Shown: positions 35,401-49,700 of the stretch, one piece after another
Layout of the letters: each line of letters starts with the position of its first letter
Numbering within the stretch: the first letter of the stretch is position 1
Assembly (NCBI GenBank): GCA_001643675.2
Contig: LSRY02000017.1
Coordinates: forward strand, 1,116,001 to 1,180,000
Length of the DNA: 64,000 nucleotides
From: Monocercomonoides exilis PA203
Taxonomy: Eukaryota; Protista; Preaxostyla
Direction of reading: 5' to 3'
The notes under the pieces: generated by a model
What the model saw: the letters and a program-made list of their open reading frames with translations, nothing else
Database searches by the model: none
What the model was told of the DNA's origin: nothing
Position numbers and translations under genes: made by a program

Positions 35401-38400
35401 GATTCTCTTGACCTTCATCGCAGAGTTAGCAGAATTAGAATTAGAGTTAGAAGAAGATGTGGATGTGGATGAGGATGAGGATGAAGAAGAGCAAGAACAA
35501 GAAGCGGTTGAAGTTTCATTCATTTCTTGCTGTTGAATTGAAGATGGCTTGTCAGTTGCAACACAGATACCGCAAAATGTGGCTTCTCTGATGTGCAAGA
35601 GAGCAGACGTTGGAATAGCAGTGGCAGTAAACGATGACACAGATGAGAGCAATGCAGAGGCAGCTTCCATGTTCTTCATCACAGTGCGGAAGTTCAGGTG
35701 CTTGTTAGACACATTTGCACGCGAAAACCCAGATTCGAACCCGAAGCAGATTTCGGTTGCGCTCAGCTTGCAGGAAAGAGAGGAAGAGAGAGAGATACGC
35801 AACAGAGAAGACAACAAAGTTGGTGCAGTCGAGTTCTCTTTTGCCTTTTCCATCTGTCTGCTGCTTCTGTTTGACAAGAACTGTGGCGGATGCATTGTCT
35901 TTCCGATGTTCAGTGCGAGGCAGAGTGTTTGTGCAACAGTTGCCCATCGTGTGTAATCGAGTGGAGCACAAGAGACACGTGGATCAGCTGCTGATGCGCG
36001 CAGTGCAACCAGACTGAGCAGAGGAGGTGTTAATGGAGCAGGCGTCTTTGTTGGACGGGACATGAGATAGAGAAGAGAGATAGGGTCAGAATCAAGCTGG
36101 GTGAATCCTGGTGGCAAGAAAGTTCCAGTGGCTTTTTGTTTGGACAATGAAGACAAGAACAAGAAGTCTGGCTGGAACACAGCTGTAGCCGTGACAGAAG
36201 ATGCAGAGAAGAGTTGAGTTGTGGGGAATGGACGATACAGAAGCGAAAGATCCTTCAAAGTAAATGAGAAAGATATCAGAGACGAAAACGGAGAAGTTCC
36301 AGTTATCTGTTGATCATTCTGTTTTGAGTTAGCTTCTCTTTCTTTGTCTTGTTTGCCATTTTGCAAAGCAGATGAAGCAGAAAGAATTGTGAATGGAATT
36401 GCACTCTGTGTTCCTGTAAACGATGAGATAGGAGTCGATAAAGGCTCCACAAACTGTATTTGTGAAGAAGCACTTGCATTCGATGCCATCAACCCTTCAT
36501 CGTTTGATATATCTGACTCCGTTTGTTTTCTGCTGGCTGCATCAGCTGCAGACGGAGGATGCACAACCACAGCTACATTCACATTGTGTGTGATCAGCGA
36601 GCAAAGAGGAGGCAGCGCAGAGTCTGCCACAACTGACGATAAAACAGGTTCCACAAATGACCCTGGCACTGTATTGTCGACGACTCCTTGCCTTTTGTTC
36701 CAACCACATTTCTCTCTCTCGTTCTTTTCAATGCACGTGATGAAGAGATGGTGAGCATCGTGCTCTTCTTTGTGTCTGATCATCTGTGTGCTCTCTCTCG
36801 TCAACCAGGCACCACGATATGCATCAAATCTCGGGTGATACAATTCTTCATCTGTGCTGTCATCGTCTTCGCTGCTGTTCTTATCGCTCTCATCATCATC
36901 GGAATAGTCACTCTCTCCTTCGCTGATGCTCATCTCTTCATCGTCAGACTTGTCGTCTGTTGAAGATAAAAGTCCAGAAATTCTTCTGGATCCTCTGTCT
37001 GAATGCGTGCTATCACTTTCCTCGTTCTTCTCTATTCCTTGTGATGGATTTCTCGACTCATACTGCTCTGCCAGTTGCTGTCTCTGCAGCACTTTCTCCT
37101 TCTGCCTGCGATCAAACACGAAATCTGTCACAGACAACACAATGCTCTTTGCAATGTGCGAGCGGCGCAAGCGAGTGGTGAAGGCGCTTTCAGTAAGATA
37201 AGCAGCACAGTGTGTGATAGACAAGGCAAAAGTGATTGGTGCAGGCTCTTTCCCTTTCGCTGCAAGGAGATCGTTCTGAATGAGAGTGTGCAAATAAGCA
37301 GAGGTGAAACGATTAGCAGGCGAGCCTTGGTTGGAGGCGGTCAATGGAGATGATGTGATGAATGATGATATTAGCGTCAAATGCTCAGAAAGCGGCTTGT
37401 TCAGTTCCAGTTCAGATGGAATGAAAGCTTCAACAGAATCAGCAGATACTTTCACAATGATGCTGTTGTGTTGTGCAGTTGAGCCAGAAATAGACGCATT
37501 AAGTGCCATCTCCCTCTGCTTGCCTTCCCAAGAAATGACTGTTTGTTCGATGTTCTGCAGAGTGTCAGCATCTGAATGAGGCTGTTCCATCTCTGAGAGT
37601 GTGAGTGATGGCAAGATGGCACATGGTTGAGGCGGCTGCTGTGGATGCACAGGCGTCCGGCTATGGAGCTGAGAGGCAAACATTGCTCTTGTTGGATGCA
37701 CAGGTGGATCGGTTGCACTTTTTGTGCGGTTGATATCTTCGATGATTGTTCGCTGTGCCTCAGAGATTATCGGAATGAGCGCGTCTGTCTCTTTCTCCAC
37801 GTTTGCCGAGAGCGACAGAGCAAACGAGACGTCTTGCAATGAGAAGAATGGCTCAGCTTCTGAGTCAGTCACAGCTGTTCGCATAGCTTTGCCTCCTTCT
37901 CCAATCACTTCGGATTCTTCTGTGAACTGAATCAGCGATCCGTTTCTGAGAGGTGATTGATTCATTCCGTCTTTGGCTCTTTTCTGCTGGTCTTCGTTGT
38001 TGTCGTCCAGCATGTAAACAAGCAGGCTCTTCGGTGAATAGCGATGCACCAGAACTTTTCTGAACAGGATCTTTCGAAGAGGCTCCGTCGACTCTTCATC
38101 TGCAGCATGCCAATCGCTCTGTCTGTCCACAGCCACACTTGAGCGAGAAAGGCCAGGTGAAAGAAGGGACACAGACATTGCATCTGCTTGCACAGGTGAA
38201 TTGAGCAAGCTTTTTGGTGACGACAAAGCAGAAGCGAACGGAGAATTTGCGCTTTGGGTCAGCTTGCGTCTCATTGCGCTGGAGCTGATGAAAGGAGTGG
38301 ACAAAGCGCCAGTGAACTTCTTCATCTGAACTGTGACGATTGTAAGCTTTTGGTCTTCTTCTTCAGTTAAATACTTTGCAGACTTGATGATTGGAGCAAT

Positions 38401-41400
38401 AGAAGAGGAGGAAGCAGATGAAGACGAAGTCGATGAAGAAGCAGAAGAGGAAGAAGCAGGAGAACCAGAACTTTGTTCTTTTTTAGCTTTATCCTGGCTG
38501 CTCTGCTGCTTCTTTCTCTTTCCAGCTTGTTGTGATACAGGAGATAGAGGAGTTGACTGTACTTCCTCAGTCCATCTTAAAGTAGTCACAACTCTTTCAC
38601 ACTCAACACACGGGAACAGATATCCAAGTGCAGATGACAGCTGCTGGGCAAATGAAGGGGATGTGGTGAGTGCAAATGGCTGTGGAAGAACTAACTGAGG
38701 CGTCAAATGATAGCGATGGAAGGAATGTCGCAGCAACATGGCTTCTCTGCGATTGTTCAAGATATCCTGAAGGTTCCTTCCTTTCCTTCCTTCTTCGACA
38801 CTGCCGCTGCCAGAACTGCCAATCTGACTGTTATCAATCAGAACATTGCACTGGTTGGTTTCGAACAACTTGTACTCTTCCAACACAACAGAAACATGCG
38901 ACACATCAATAGACGATGTAATTCCTGATTTGACAATGTCAAAAGATCCCACAGATATTTGAAGTGGTGGTTGTCCAACAGCAAACGACGACACTTTCAG
39001 TGAACCTGTCTTCACATCCATGCTCATTGAGCTCGATGGAGAAGCAGGTGCAGGCAATGACAGATGCAACATTGGAGCAGAGAACAAGTAGACAGCATCG
39101 CGCGAATTATCCCACTGCTTCCTCCACTCTTTGCACACAGCAACACTCGCTGCACTCAGAGCTACGTCAGCTGCGCCCACAACAGCAGTGACAGAGAGGT
39201 TGTAGTACATCAGACGCGGCTTCATCGTCAGCTTCGCTTTTGGCGCAGTGAAGTCGACAGGGACAATGCTGCTAACACAGCTGGAGGGCATCGAAGTTGG
39301 GGCAGTGAATGAAAAGGTGCCTTCAGTTGCTGCAAGAGTGAACAGTGTGATGTGTCTGTATGTCTGCTTCCCTCTGTTCTTCTGGTACTGAAGCAGAGAA
39401 TATGGAGTGAATGGAGCTGCAGAAACAGCAACAGACAAGCCTCTTGGCATCGACACGGTTGTTGAGTAGAACACAGAGGGAGATGTTATCAGCACGCCTG
39501 GTGTTGCCTGTGTGAGAGAAGGAGAGATTCTTCCCTTTCTGCTGACAACTGGAATCGTCGAATGTTGGATGTGAAGCGCAGGCACTGTGATTCTCAGAGG
39601 AGGCAGAGGATGTCTCTTCACAACTGTTTCAGAGGAAGGATAGTCGTATTGAGTGGTGCTTGCAATGTCATGGGCAGCAGAGGCACATGTGTATGAGCTG
39701 CCAGTGACAGGATACAGAGCGATGCTCACTCCCTTTGAGAACAGAAGACTCACTTTCACAGAACTGAGGATTATTTGAGATTCGCTTGAGGATTCTGACT
39801 CGACAACATAAGGAGTTGCAATGGCGAGAGGCGATGTTGCTTGCTGAGTTATTGGTTCTTCTGACAATTGCTTTAGCACAGGCATCTCTGTTCCATAGCG
39901 ATAACCACATTTACCATCTGTGAGTGCCTGCAATGTTGTCTCCTTCAACGCAGCCCATCCGCCTGAAACAAGATCAGCCACGTCTGATGCAATGGCAAGT
40001 GTGCGCACGATTGTTGAGAGAGTGTCGTGGAGGATGACTGTGTTAGACACGACTAAATCAACATCCAGCATACAAAAGCCAACTGGATGCATCTGAGGCA
40101 ATGCGCGCTGTGAAAGCAAAGGAGAAGGCGAAGTGATTGAGCTGCCAGCTGGTCCAGATGAAACAAACGGTGGAATGGAGAAGAAAACAGAGAATGAAGT
40201 GAAGGGAACGCGGATGCTGGCTGACTCAGGGTTCTTGGCTCCTTCCAGATTCTCAACGTATTTGCTATCCTGATTGACATAACCGAATGTGACATCGTCA
40301 ACCGACTTGTCAAATTCTGATGCGCGTGACCGAAACGCTCCTCTTTTTCTGTCTCTTTTCCTGCCGAATGTGTCGTCTGGTGTGAACGTAAACACGAAAA
40401 TCGATGAAAACGATGCAGACATCGATGCCACATTGGGTTGCAATTCGTCATGGAATGCTTCTTCCTCCTCTCCTCTGATCATTCCACTCGTATCCTCTTG
40501 CCTTCCCAGCCAGCTCTTCTTGCCCCATCCTTCCGCTCCGTCGGGCGGATCATCGTCTGGTGAGATGGCGTCTTCATTGAGATCAACCACATACCCCAGC
40601 GACCCAGTCACCATCGTCACACACACATTGGGTATATACACATCCACAATTGGTGGTTCTCCTTCTGGTTCAAAGTCATCGTCTTCATCTTCATCGGGAA
40701 TCAGCTTCGTTGTGTTCTCGTCTTCGTCAATATCGTCCTCTGCATCTTTTCTCTTTACGCTGTCAAACACCCGAAGCGACACAGCAGCCACACGAATTAT
40801 GCACTCCACATTTGAAGAAGATAGGAAAGCAGCAATTCTCTCTTGAATTGAATGATGTGAATCGGCTTCATCGTTACTGCCTCCTCCTTCTTCGAATCCT
40901 GCACTAAATGGATCGTCGTCAGCGGTTGTGTCTTTGATCCAGTTGGAAAGAGAGACAAATGGAAGAGTGAGAGGCGAGAAGGAAGAAACAGAAAGAGGAA
41001 GGTAATCTTCCATTGAAAGTTGGCAGAACAATGTGGTTGTGGAAATGGCAATTGCAACGCCCTTTCGCGATTCTGAGGCTCCAACAGCAGAATCGAACAA
41101 GTTGTCCAGATGAGAATCTGATGCTGATCTGCCCATCAAACCTGAGCCAGAAGCAGAACCAGAAGAAGAAGATGATGTTGAAGATGATGTTGAAGTGGAG
41201 AAGAATGATAGTGAAGAGCTCTGCCCATCGCCCAGTTCGTCTTCTTTTCCCGATTCAACAGGAACAGTCAGCGTGACGTGTGTTGAGAACGTCTCCACAG
41301 CCAGCAGCGTCCCTTTCAGTTCTCCTCTTGTAAGCACTGCGAAGAATGCATCCATCCTCTTCTTGATAGGATGGTTCAGCCCAAAACGTGCTTTTGCGTG

Positions 41401-44400
41401 TGGATGTACTGACTGGTTGGTCCGGTCTTCGTCGTCGATGTCGCAGCCAACTGGGTAGAGATACTCGTTCGGCAGCACATACAAGTCAAACGGATCATAC
41501 GCTCGCTCTTTCTCATCGTCCTCGTCATTGTCGATCCGATCTTCCATCCTGTCAAAGGAGCTGCTTCCATTCCCATTGACATCTCCTCCTCTTCTTTCTC
41601 CTTCAAACTCATCATCACCAATCTTGTCCTGCATTCCCATCAAATAATCTCTGTTCCCAGTGGTCATCTTTCTCCTCGGTGTGCTTCGTCCCCATTCGTC
41701 AACTCTTCCACGTCTTCTCGCTCGATACTTCTGTCGCATTTCCATTGAAGACTCTTCACTTTCATCCTCCTCTTCATCTTCATCGTCCTCACTGCTTGAG
41801 TCGTCTTCACTCAAATATGACAAGTCATCATACTCTCCATCGTCCATCTGCCTGCGTCGTTCGTTCTCTTCTTCTTCTCCAGTCAATGAAGACTCTTCCC
41901 CCATTACTCCAATCTCTCTCATCAGCCTCATCTCTACTGAAGCATCTGTGATACGCGATGGATAAGGTGCAAGACAGCGGAAAGGTAAAACAGGAGGAAG
42001 TTTCCCATTCAGCAGGGCTGATTGAGGAGATGGCTGCAGAGAATGAGGAGCAGACATACCAGAACGCCCTGAAGGTGATGAAGATACAGAAGACATCGAA
42101 GAAAACGCGCGGTGGCCTTTCGCAGCACCTGCACCAGCATTAGCGTTGCCAGCAGCACCAATAGAAGCAGCAGAGACAGCTGTACTTGGAGCGAGTCCAG
42201 TGGCTGGATAAGCAGAATGAGTGGTTATATGAGACAAAAAGCCCGAAGACTGCGCTGTCAGTCGGGTGAGTGAGGGAGGAAGGAACACGAACTGGTGGAG
42301 GAGGAAGTCGCAGTGGTACACGCGGGTCAGCGGGGCAACAGAGAATGCTGCTTTCTCCATCAGCGGCTCAGGCTTCGCGCTTGAAGGGCGGCGGCTGAAG
42401 AAGCGGAGAGAAGAGGAAGGAGACATCCGCTGCTCGTCAGTGGCAAAGAGAGGAGAACCAAATGTGCGCCCTTTCCGCTCGAATTCTTCAGAATCTCCCA
42501 GTTGTGAATAGCCTGCACCGTAAAAAGCGCTATCGTCTCCAAAATCAGCAAACGGGTCGACTTCTCCGCTGGTGTTGTAGCCGTATTCGTTCTCATCATA
42601 TTCATCTGCTCTTTCTTCAGACACTCCTGTGTCGGAATCGCTTTTCGTGCTGACGTTGTTTTCACTGTTTTCTCCTTCTGTGAAGAAAGCATTGTCAATG
42701 TCTGAGGCATCGTTTCCTTGTTCCAGCATGAAGTCCAATTTGGTAATCAAAAACATCGCTGTGTTCTTTGAAGAGCTCACAGACGATCTCACCTGCTCAA
42801 TCCACTGTGCCACTGCGCCAGCTGCTGCCGAGATCGTTCCAGTCTTCTTCCTCTGCCCCATCGGCAGCCCAGCTGTTGTGTGTGTTCCGATAGATGCCAT
42901 CGAAGGTGATGCAGTCAGCACAGGTGTCAGAGCAGGCGTAGAGGGATATCCCAAAGCAGGCGAGCCCAGCGCTGCTGGTGATGGAGATGATAACCTCATT
43001 GCAATAGAAGGGCGTCTGGGAGAAGAGGAGTCAGCATCTCCACCTGAGAAACGAGGCGCCAAGGGAACTTTTGCTTCAGAGGAGAGGAGAGTGATGTAGT
43101 TCAGCTGGCACTCGACGACTGAAGGCTGCAGACGGAATTGCGTGCGCTTCCAGAAGGATGCCATTGAATGAGAAGATGAATGCTCTTCGGGCTGCATGTT
43201 TTGCATTGACAGATTCGATTCTGAAGAAGAAGAAGACGATGATGATGAAGATGATGATGAAGCAGAAGAGAAAAACACAGTTGATTGAACAGGCTCCACT
43301 CTTTCATCAACTGTGGGCTGCCGCGATTTTGTAGCTAAGTTCCCGACGATCGCTGCGTCGAACGACTCGAAGCTTGTTTTGATGACAGACTCAGAATATG
43401 AAACAGGAACCTGCTGCCTCTGCGACTGCTGCGAAAGAAGCGATTTCCTTGGCTGGCTGGCGCTGCTCGTATCACCACCTGCCATCTGAGCAAGCGCGTT
43501 TTTCATCTCTGCAACTGCCTCTTCCTCTTCTTCGTCTTCCGCTTCCGCAAACAGACGCTGCTCAGATTTGTATTCGAATGCTCCGTGCTCCACATTCAGC
43601 AGTGTCTTTAAACGTGTCAAAACAGAAATGATCAGCTCCTCCTGGTCTTCGTCGTGCTCTGCGTCTGTGTGCCTGAGCGGATTGCCGTCTCTTTTCAGAT
43701 CGTGCTGTCTCAACGTTGTCAGAGACTTCAACTGCACTTGGTCTAAAACGCAGTTGATTGACTTTGCCGCGAACGTTAAAGTATGACTGCCTTGATTAAG
43801 TATATCTGATTGTGAATTGACATCTTCTTCCGTCCAACGGATTTTGGGATTTGTCGAACGGAACATCATTTCCTTTGTGTTGTTCAAGAGATATAATGGA
43901 AATGGCATTCGCTTCGCTGATTTATGTGAAAACGCTTGATCAAGTACCTTTGAGACGCACAGTTGTATTAATGGAGAAACCCATTCCGAAAATCTTTTGA
44001 GGAGCATAGATCGGATTTGAGTTTGAGATTTGTTATGAATTGCGCTTGCAATTGGAACTTCGGCTTTTGTTGGATTTGATGATTTTCCTGATAAAGATCT
44101 TGTAACTTCGATTGAAGGATCAACAAGAGTAAGGTTGTATGAAATCTGACATGGCTTGTTTTTCAAATATTGTAAAAAGAATATAATTGTTCTCATGACT
44201 CCAACTTTCACGGAAACACTCTTAAATTTACATGTTGTTTGATATTCATCTTTCTGAAAATTATTCATCAAAAAATTTCAAATAGAAAGCATATGCATTC
44301 AATAAAATTTTCAATTTATCAAGCAAAAATAAAAAAAAAAAGCAACCTTCACTGTGAATGACAATGAGTTGATCGAAGTTGATTCACATGAAGCTGCAGA

Positions 44401-44624
44401 CAAATGTAATTCTGGATTTTGCTTTTGATAATACTGATATATTGAAGAAAGTAACTGATTACTGTAGCAATTGAGAAAATAAAAAATTAGATAACGAATA
44501 AAAATATGAAATAAATAACAAATTACCTCATCTCTTTAAGGAAGAGCAGCAAAGCAACAAATGCTCCCACAACTAATAGTGTTAATCCAAGAGTTATAAG
44601 GGCATGAAATGAGATGCTTTGCAT
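26458..44624 (-). CDS. Giant ~6002-aa protein with N-terminal membrane anchor, beta-strand-rich body and charged helical C-terminus; candidate bridge-like lipid-transfer (VPS13/BLTP superfamily) protein
   Basis: Exons 44624-44527, 44461-44347 and 44253-26458 are GT-AG and in frame. Exon 1 encodes MQSISFHALITLGLTLLVVGAFVALLLFLK. The CDS is well supported; the family assignment is inference only. Confidence 0.8.
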
Positions 44625-44901
44625 TTCTTTTGCTGTTTGTCTTTAAGTCTCAAATCACAGATTAAATACAGACTAGTAAAGGGTCATTCCGATCAATGCA
44701 ATTATTTATTGAATTTGTTTTATGAATAATTTGATAAATGCTCTCATAATAATACAAAATAGTTTTGAGTTATAGTTATTTTTTTGAGAAATTTACAAAA
44801 ATACGAAAAGAATATAAATAAAATTTTTTCTGAATTAATAACATGAATTGGAAGCAACAGCGAAAGGTGATTGCACTCTTTTAAATAATATTCCACAGCA
44901 T

Positions 44902-46658
44902 TTACGAAAGTGAATTGAAAGTTGGAGACACTCTGCAGATAGATGGTCCGTACTCATCATACTGCGCTTTTGTGTGGACAAGTGAGGCGAACTGCCCCGA
45001 CTGAGCCAGAATCGATCCACCGAAATACACAGCATTCCTCTGGAAATGATGTGAAATCACTTTTGTCTCAATGGGCGTGGGTGCGACTCCAGATTTGCGT
45101 TCGTGCTCAGCAAGACGCTTTGTGACGATGGCACTGACATCTTTCTGAAGACGCTTATCAAAGTGCTTGAAGAGAGTTGAGCCACCTGAAAATGAAAAGA
45201 GAGAAATTATAGCGGTGAAAAATGAAAATATTTAAAATTTTCAAAAATCCAAAATAGAAAAATGCGTTACAAAATAATTAGTATTTTATAAAAAATATTA
45301 ATATTAATTTTAATTTTCTGAAAATTTCAGGTATTTTTGAAGTATTATTCATACCAGACAATACAATGTTTGAGTACAGCGCTCTTCTGCAATCGACAGG
45401 AGCTGTCTGGATGGCTGTGTCAACCAAGACGGGAAGTGGTGTTGTGTGTTGGGTTGAGTATATCTCTGGGTTGAAGAAGATCTCTGGAGCAAGGAACCTT
45501 TCATATCCAATATCTATTGAATAGGGCTGAATTGTTGGTAATTATTGTTAAAAACCAAATGTTACAGTATATTTTTTAAAAGCTCTTATTCAAATCTATG
45601 AAGCATACTTTCTTTGTCACGCTGTGTACACCCTCATATTTCTTAAAGTAATCCTGCGGATGTGCATCCCACTTCTCGTACTCACGAACCATATGGTTAG
45701 CAACATAACAATAGTTTTCCTGTTATCATTGGGGGAGGCGATTAATGAGAAATCGATAAATTTGTTTAATTTGAATTATTATTATATTTGACGATTTCTG
45801 CACACTTTAATATTCCTTGCAATTTGCATGGCTTCATCTGATGGAAGTGCTGGCTCGCGATCACGAATCATTTCGAGAATGAATTTGGTGAAGTCGCTTC
45901 CTGCAATTGGAATGTGTTTGATGGCAGATGGAATGACTGCACCGTCAGACTTTAATTATTGTGAAAAAAAGAGTGTTCGTATTTTGCAAGATATTAAAAA
46001 ATAATATGAACATACGACAGGAATAATATGTGTAACACCATCACCAGAATCAACAACAGTTCCAGTTAAATCCTGTGAAGTTTGATTCTTTGACAGCCAT
46101 GTTGCGCAAATTGCAAGAACAGCTTGAACAGCGATATACATTCCTTTAACGTTGAACGTTTCAAACATAATCTCTGCGAGATATTCTCTGTTTTCTGGGG
46201 AGTTAAGAGGAGGTTCAGTCTGAAAGAGTTTTGAAATATCAAATGCAAATAACATAAAAAAGTGTGTATCAATTATAAAAGGATAAATGCAACAGTTAAT
46301 TAACTAGAAAAAATGAAAAAGAAAAAAGTCATACAAGCATCACGTTATAATCTTCGGGATTAAGGCGGAGGTATTTGTAAAAGCATTGCTCATAAAATTT
46401 TTCCATATGATCCCAGTTGCTGACAATACCATGAGACATAAATTTCTCTGATGGATACGCTTTTGAATTTGTAACTGCTTCATCACCAATGAGAAAATCA
46501 AGTTCCTCTAATCCAGTTTTCTTTGTAATCGTTGAAGAGAGCTTTTGATCTCTGATGCCAATGACCGAAGGAATCACATACTGAGGCGTTGCATTTGGAG
46601 CAACACCCATCTTTGTGTATCCGGTACCAACATCAATAATAGCAACTTTGTCAGTCAT
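44902..46658 (-). CDS. ARP3: Actin-related protein 3 (Arp2/3 complex), 6 exons
   Basis: [34 protein letters not shown]|[50 protein letters not shown], and C-terminal [15 protein letters not shown]. Five GT-AG introns. Confidence 0.95.
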
Positions 46659-46752
46659 TTTTATTTATAGATATTTGCTAAAAAATGTTCCTTTGATCTG
46701 AGATGATGAACAATTATACTTCTGATCAAATCATTGTAGCTGGTTTTGAGCG

Positions 46753-49700
46753 ATGGTAAAGCAAAGAAGATTAAAGTTTCGGGAGAGAACCATTGAAGAA
46801 AAGCTTACAATGAGTCCATTCCAAAAATGGAAAAAATATCGAATCTTTCCTTGGAAATTTTTTCTTCATGTTGTAACTTGGATTTTTATTGTTGTTGAGA
46901 TTGCACTTCCAGTGTATTTAATTGATCCGCATGTTGCAGCTTACAATGAATATTTTGATCAACTTTTTATGCCAGAGTTTGCAATTCTTATTGTGATTTT
47001 TCATTTTTCATAATAACCTATTTTCTATGCTATTTGAATGAAATTTGATAGCGACTACAAACGACTCGATTCGCGCGATCAAGATTTTGATATTTTTAGT
47101 ATTGAAGATTTTATGAATTCTTTAACAAAAACCACAGATTCATTTTTTAATTGGGCAGAGTTTGCATTTTATTCGCTTAATTTTCTTCAATTGTTTAAAA
47201 ATATATACACATTTTGAAATTGCATTTGTTTGTGTTTAATTTTGAAATATTTTTCTCAACTTTTTTTTGTTGTTTTATTCATGAAAAACTATTTTTACAA
47301 ATTAGTGATTCGATGGATTTGTATTTTCCAATTGGAAATGGAGCAGAAGCCTCTTATAGATTTTATAAGAACATGGGAGATTTGAATGAAACAAAAACAT
47401 TTGATCGTGCTCGTGAAACACATCATTATATATTGACAAAAGAGAATCCGCTTGGACCATTCCAGTCAGAGGAAGACAGGATTGCAGCAATCAGACGAAT
47501 GGACTATTATGAGGTCGTTATTTCTTTTTCTGCATACTACCCAGGCTGGGCAGGAGGAATGGCACGTGATGATTGGAAATTAACTGTGTGCTTCAAACAT
47601 GATTAATTTGTATTTTGAATACAATATTTTTTTTTCATTTTGTTGAATTAAAACGATTTATTGCTCATAACATGAAACATATCATTTTCCCGCTCGTTTT
47701 ATTGACTAACAACCAAAAACCAGTACAAGTATGACTTTTCAAAGCACGGATGCGTTACGTTGACGCCTAATTATCTTCGAACCCCTCGATCAATATGTTT
47801 GCTGTTTTTTTTTTTTTTTTTTTTTTTATTGCTTATACGATTATTTTCTTTCTTTCTTTCTTTTTTCCTCTTCTTCCTTCAACTCGCATTAATTTTTGTT
47901 ACCATCATTCTATTCCCCCCCCTCAATATTTACTAAACAACTTGCTCCACCTCCCCTCCTCCTCCTCCCCCATTATCATCTTCTATTTCATTTCCTTCAC
48001 AGTGGCTGGCGACATCATCCAGCTAGTCGTCGCCATCCTCCTCGTGGGCCTCTCCATCGCCTCCATCGCGCTGATATTCAAAGCCTTCTATGTGTCCTAC
48101 GCCATCCTCACTGAGACGAAGCGCCTGTACATCGCCGAGTACGAGGCCGGGCGCATCGATCTGCCCTGGAAGAAGATCCCGTTCAAGGCCAAGACTCACT
48201 TCTTCGACGGCTGGCACGCCTTCAACCTGGTTGGGCAGCTGGCTGTGCTGGGAGGTGCGCTAATGGACGTGCTGACGCTCTGCCGGGTGACGCCTGCACT
48301 GACCGTCATGTACGTCTTCCAGGGCATTGCGGGGTTGTTCACGTCGATCTACTGGATCCGCTGGCTCGAGTGGTCGAAGAAGTACTACCTGCTCATCCAC
48401 GCCCTCCGCATCGCCCTCCCCGTCTGCTTCCGCTTCCTCGCAGGGGCCATTCCAATCTACATCGGCTTCTCTGTGATGGCAGTGGCGCTTTTCTCTGACA
48501 AGAGCGAGAAGTTTGAGAACCTGCTGCAGTCGATGGTGACGCTGTTTGCGCTGATGAACGGGGATGTGGTGCTGGAGGTGTTTGACGACGTGTATTCGGC
48601 AGAGCCGGTTGTATCGCAGGTGTTTCTGTTCCTGTTCATCCTCTTCTTCATCACGGTTGTGCTCAACATCTTCATCTCGATCATCGAGGAGTCGTATCAT
48701 TCGGCGAAGAGGCAGACGTTTCCTGAATTGTATGCAGAGGAAGAGGAGAAAGAGAAAGAGAAGGAGAAGGAGGAGAAAGATAAAGAGAAGAAGAAAGAAG
48801 AAGAAGGTAGTAAAAAGAAAGGAGAAGAAGGAGAAGGAGATGAAGAGGAAATGAAAGAATTGGAAGCAAACAAACATTTGAGTTACAAAGAAAGAAGAGC
48901 CAAAGAAAGAGAGTTGGCTAAATTGAGAAGGAAAAAGAGAAGAGAAAATAGAAAAGCAGAATTGAAGACTTCATCAGGAAAAGATGAAGATGAGTCTTCC
49001 TCTTCCAGTTCTTCTTCTTCCTCATCTTCCTCCTCCTCGTCTTCCTCTTCCTCATCTTCTTCCTCTTCCTCCTCCTCATCATCTTCTTCTTCTTCCTCTT
49101 CTTCTACTTCCTCTTCTTCTTCTCACTCATCTAAGCATCCACCAATGGATCCTTCTGCCAAGCCAAAATCTCTGATAACCAAACCTGTCTCTCCTTCTGC
49201 CTCGCCAATTCTGAAATTCACACCTCAATCATCATCTCTATCGCAAGCTTCGCTTTATCCTTATCCTTACAACTCATCAGATTCCTCTTCCTCTTCAACT
49301 TCAACTTCAATTTCAATTTCAATTTCATCCTCTTCGACTTCTCCTTCTTCCTCCTCCTCCTCATCATCATCTTCATCTTCTTCTTCTTCTTCTTCTTCTT
49401 CTTCTTCTTCTTCCTCTTCCTCTTCTTCCTCTTCTTTCTCTTCTTCCTCTTCTTCCTCTTCTCCTTCTCCTTCTCCCGTTCCTTCCAAATCTGTGTCTCC
49501 GTTTTCTCCCTCCAGCTTCTCCACTCCTCCACCTGATATTATTGCTGCTGAGAACCAAAAAGCTGCAGCCACATCCTTATTGTCATCATCTTCTTCTTCT
49601 TCCTCTTCTTCTTCACATTCAATTCCATCTTCTGCTTCTTCTGCTCTTCCCATCTTCGCTCCTTCTCCCCTCGCTCTGTCTTCTTACTCATCTGCAGAAC

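Noticed and set aside
26377-43786. Numerous plus-strand ORFs (e.g. 27650-29020) opposite the giant gene
   Set aside because: They are antisense shadows of low-complexity E/K/R/S coding sequence with no independent motifs.
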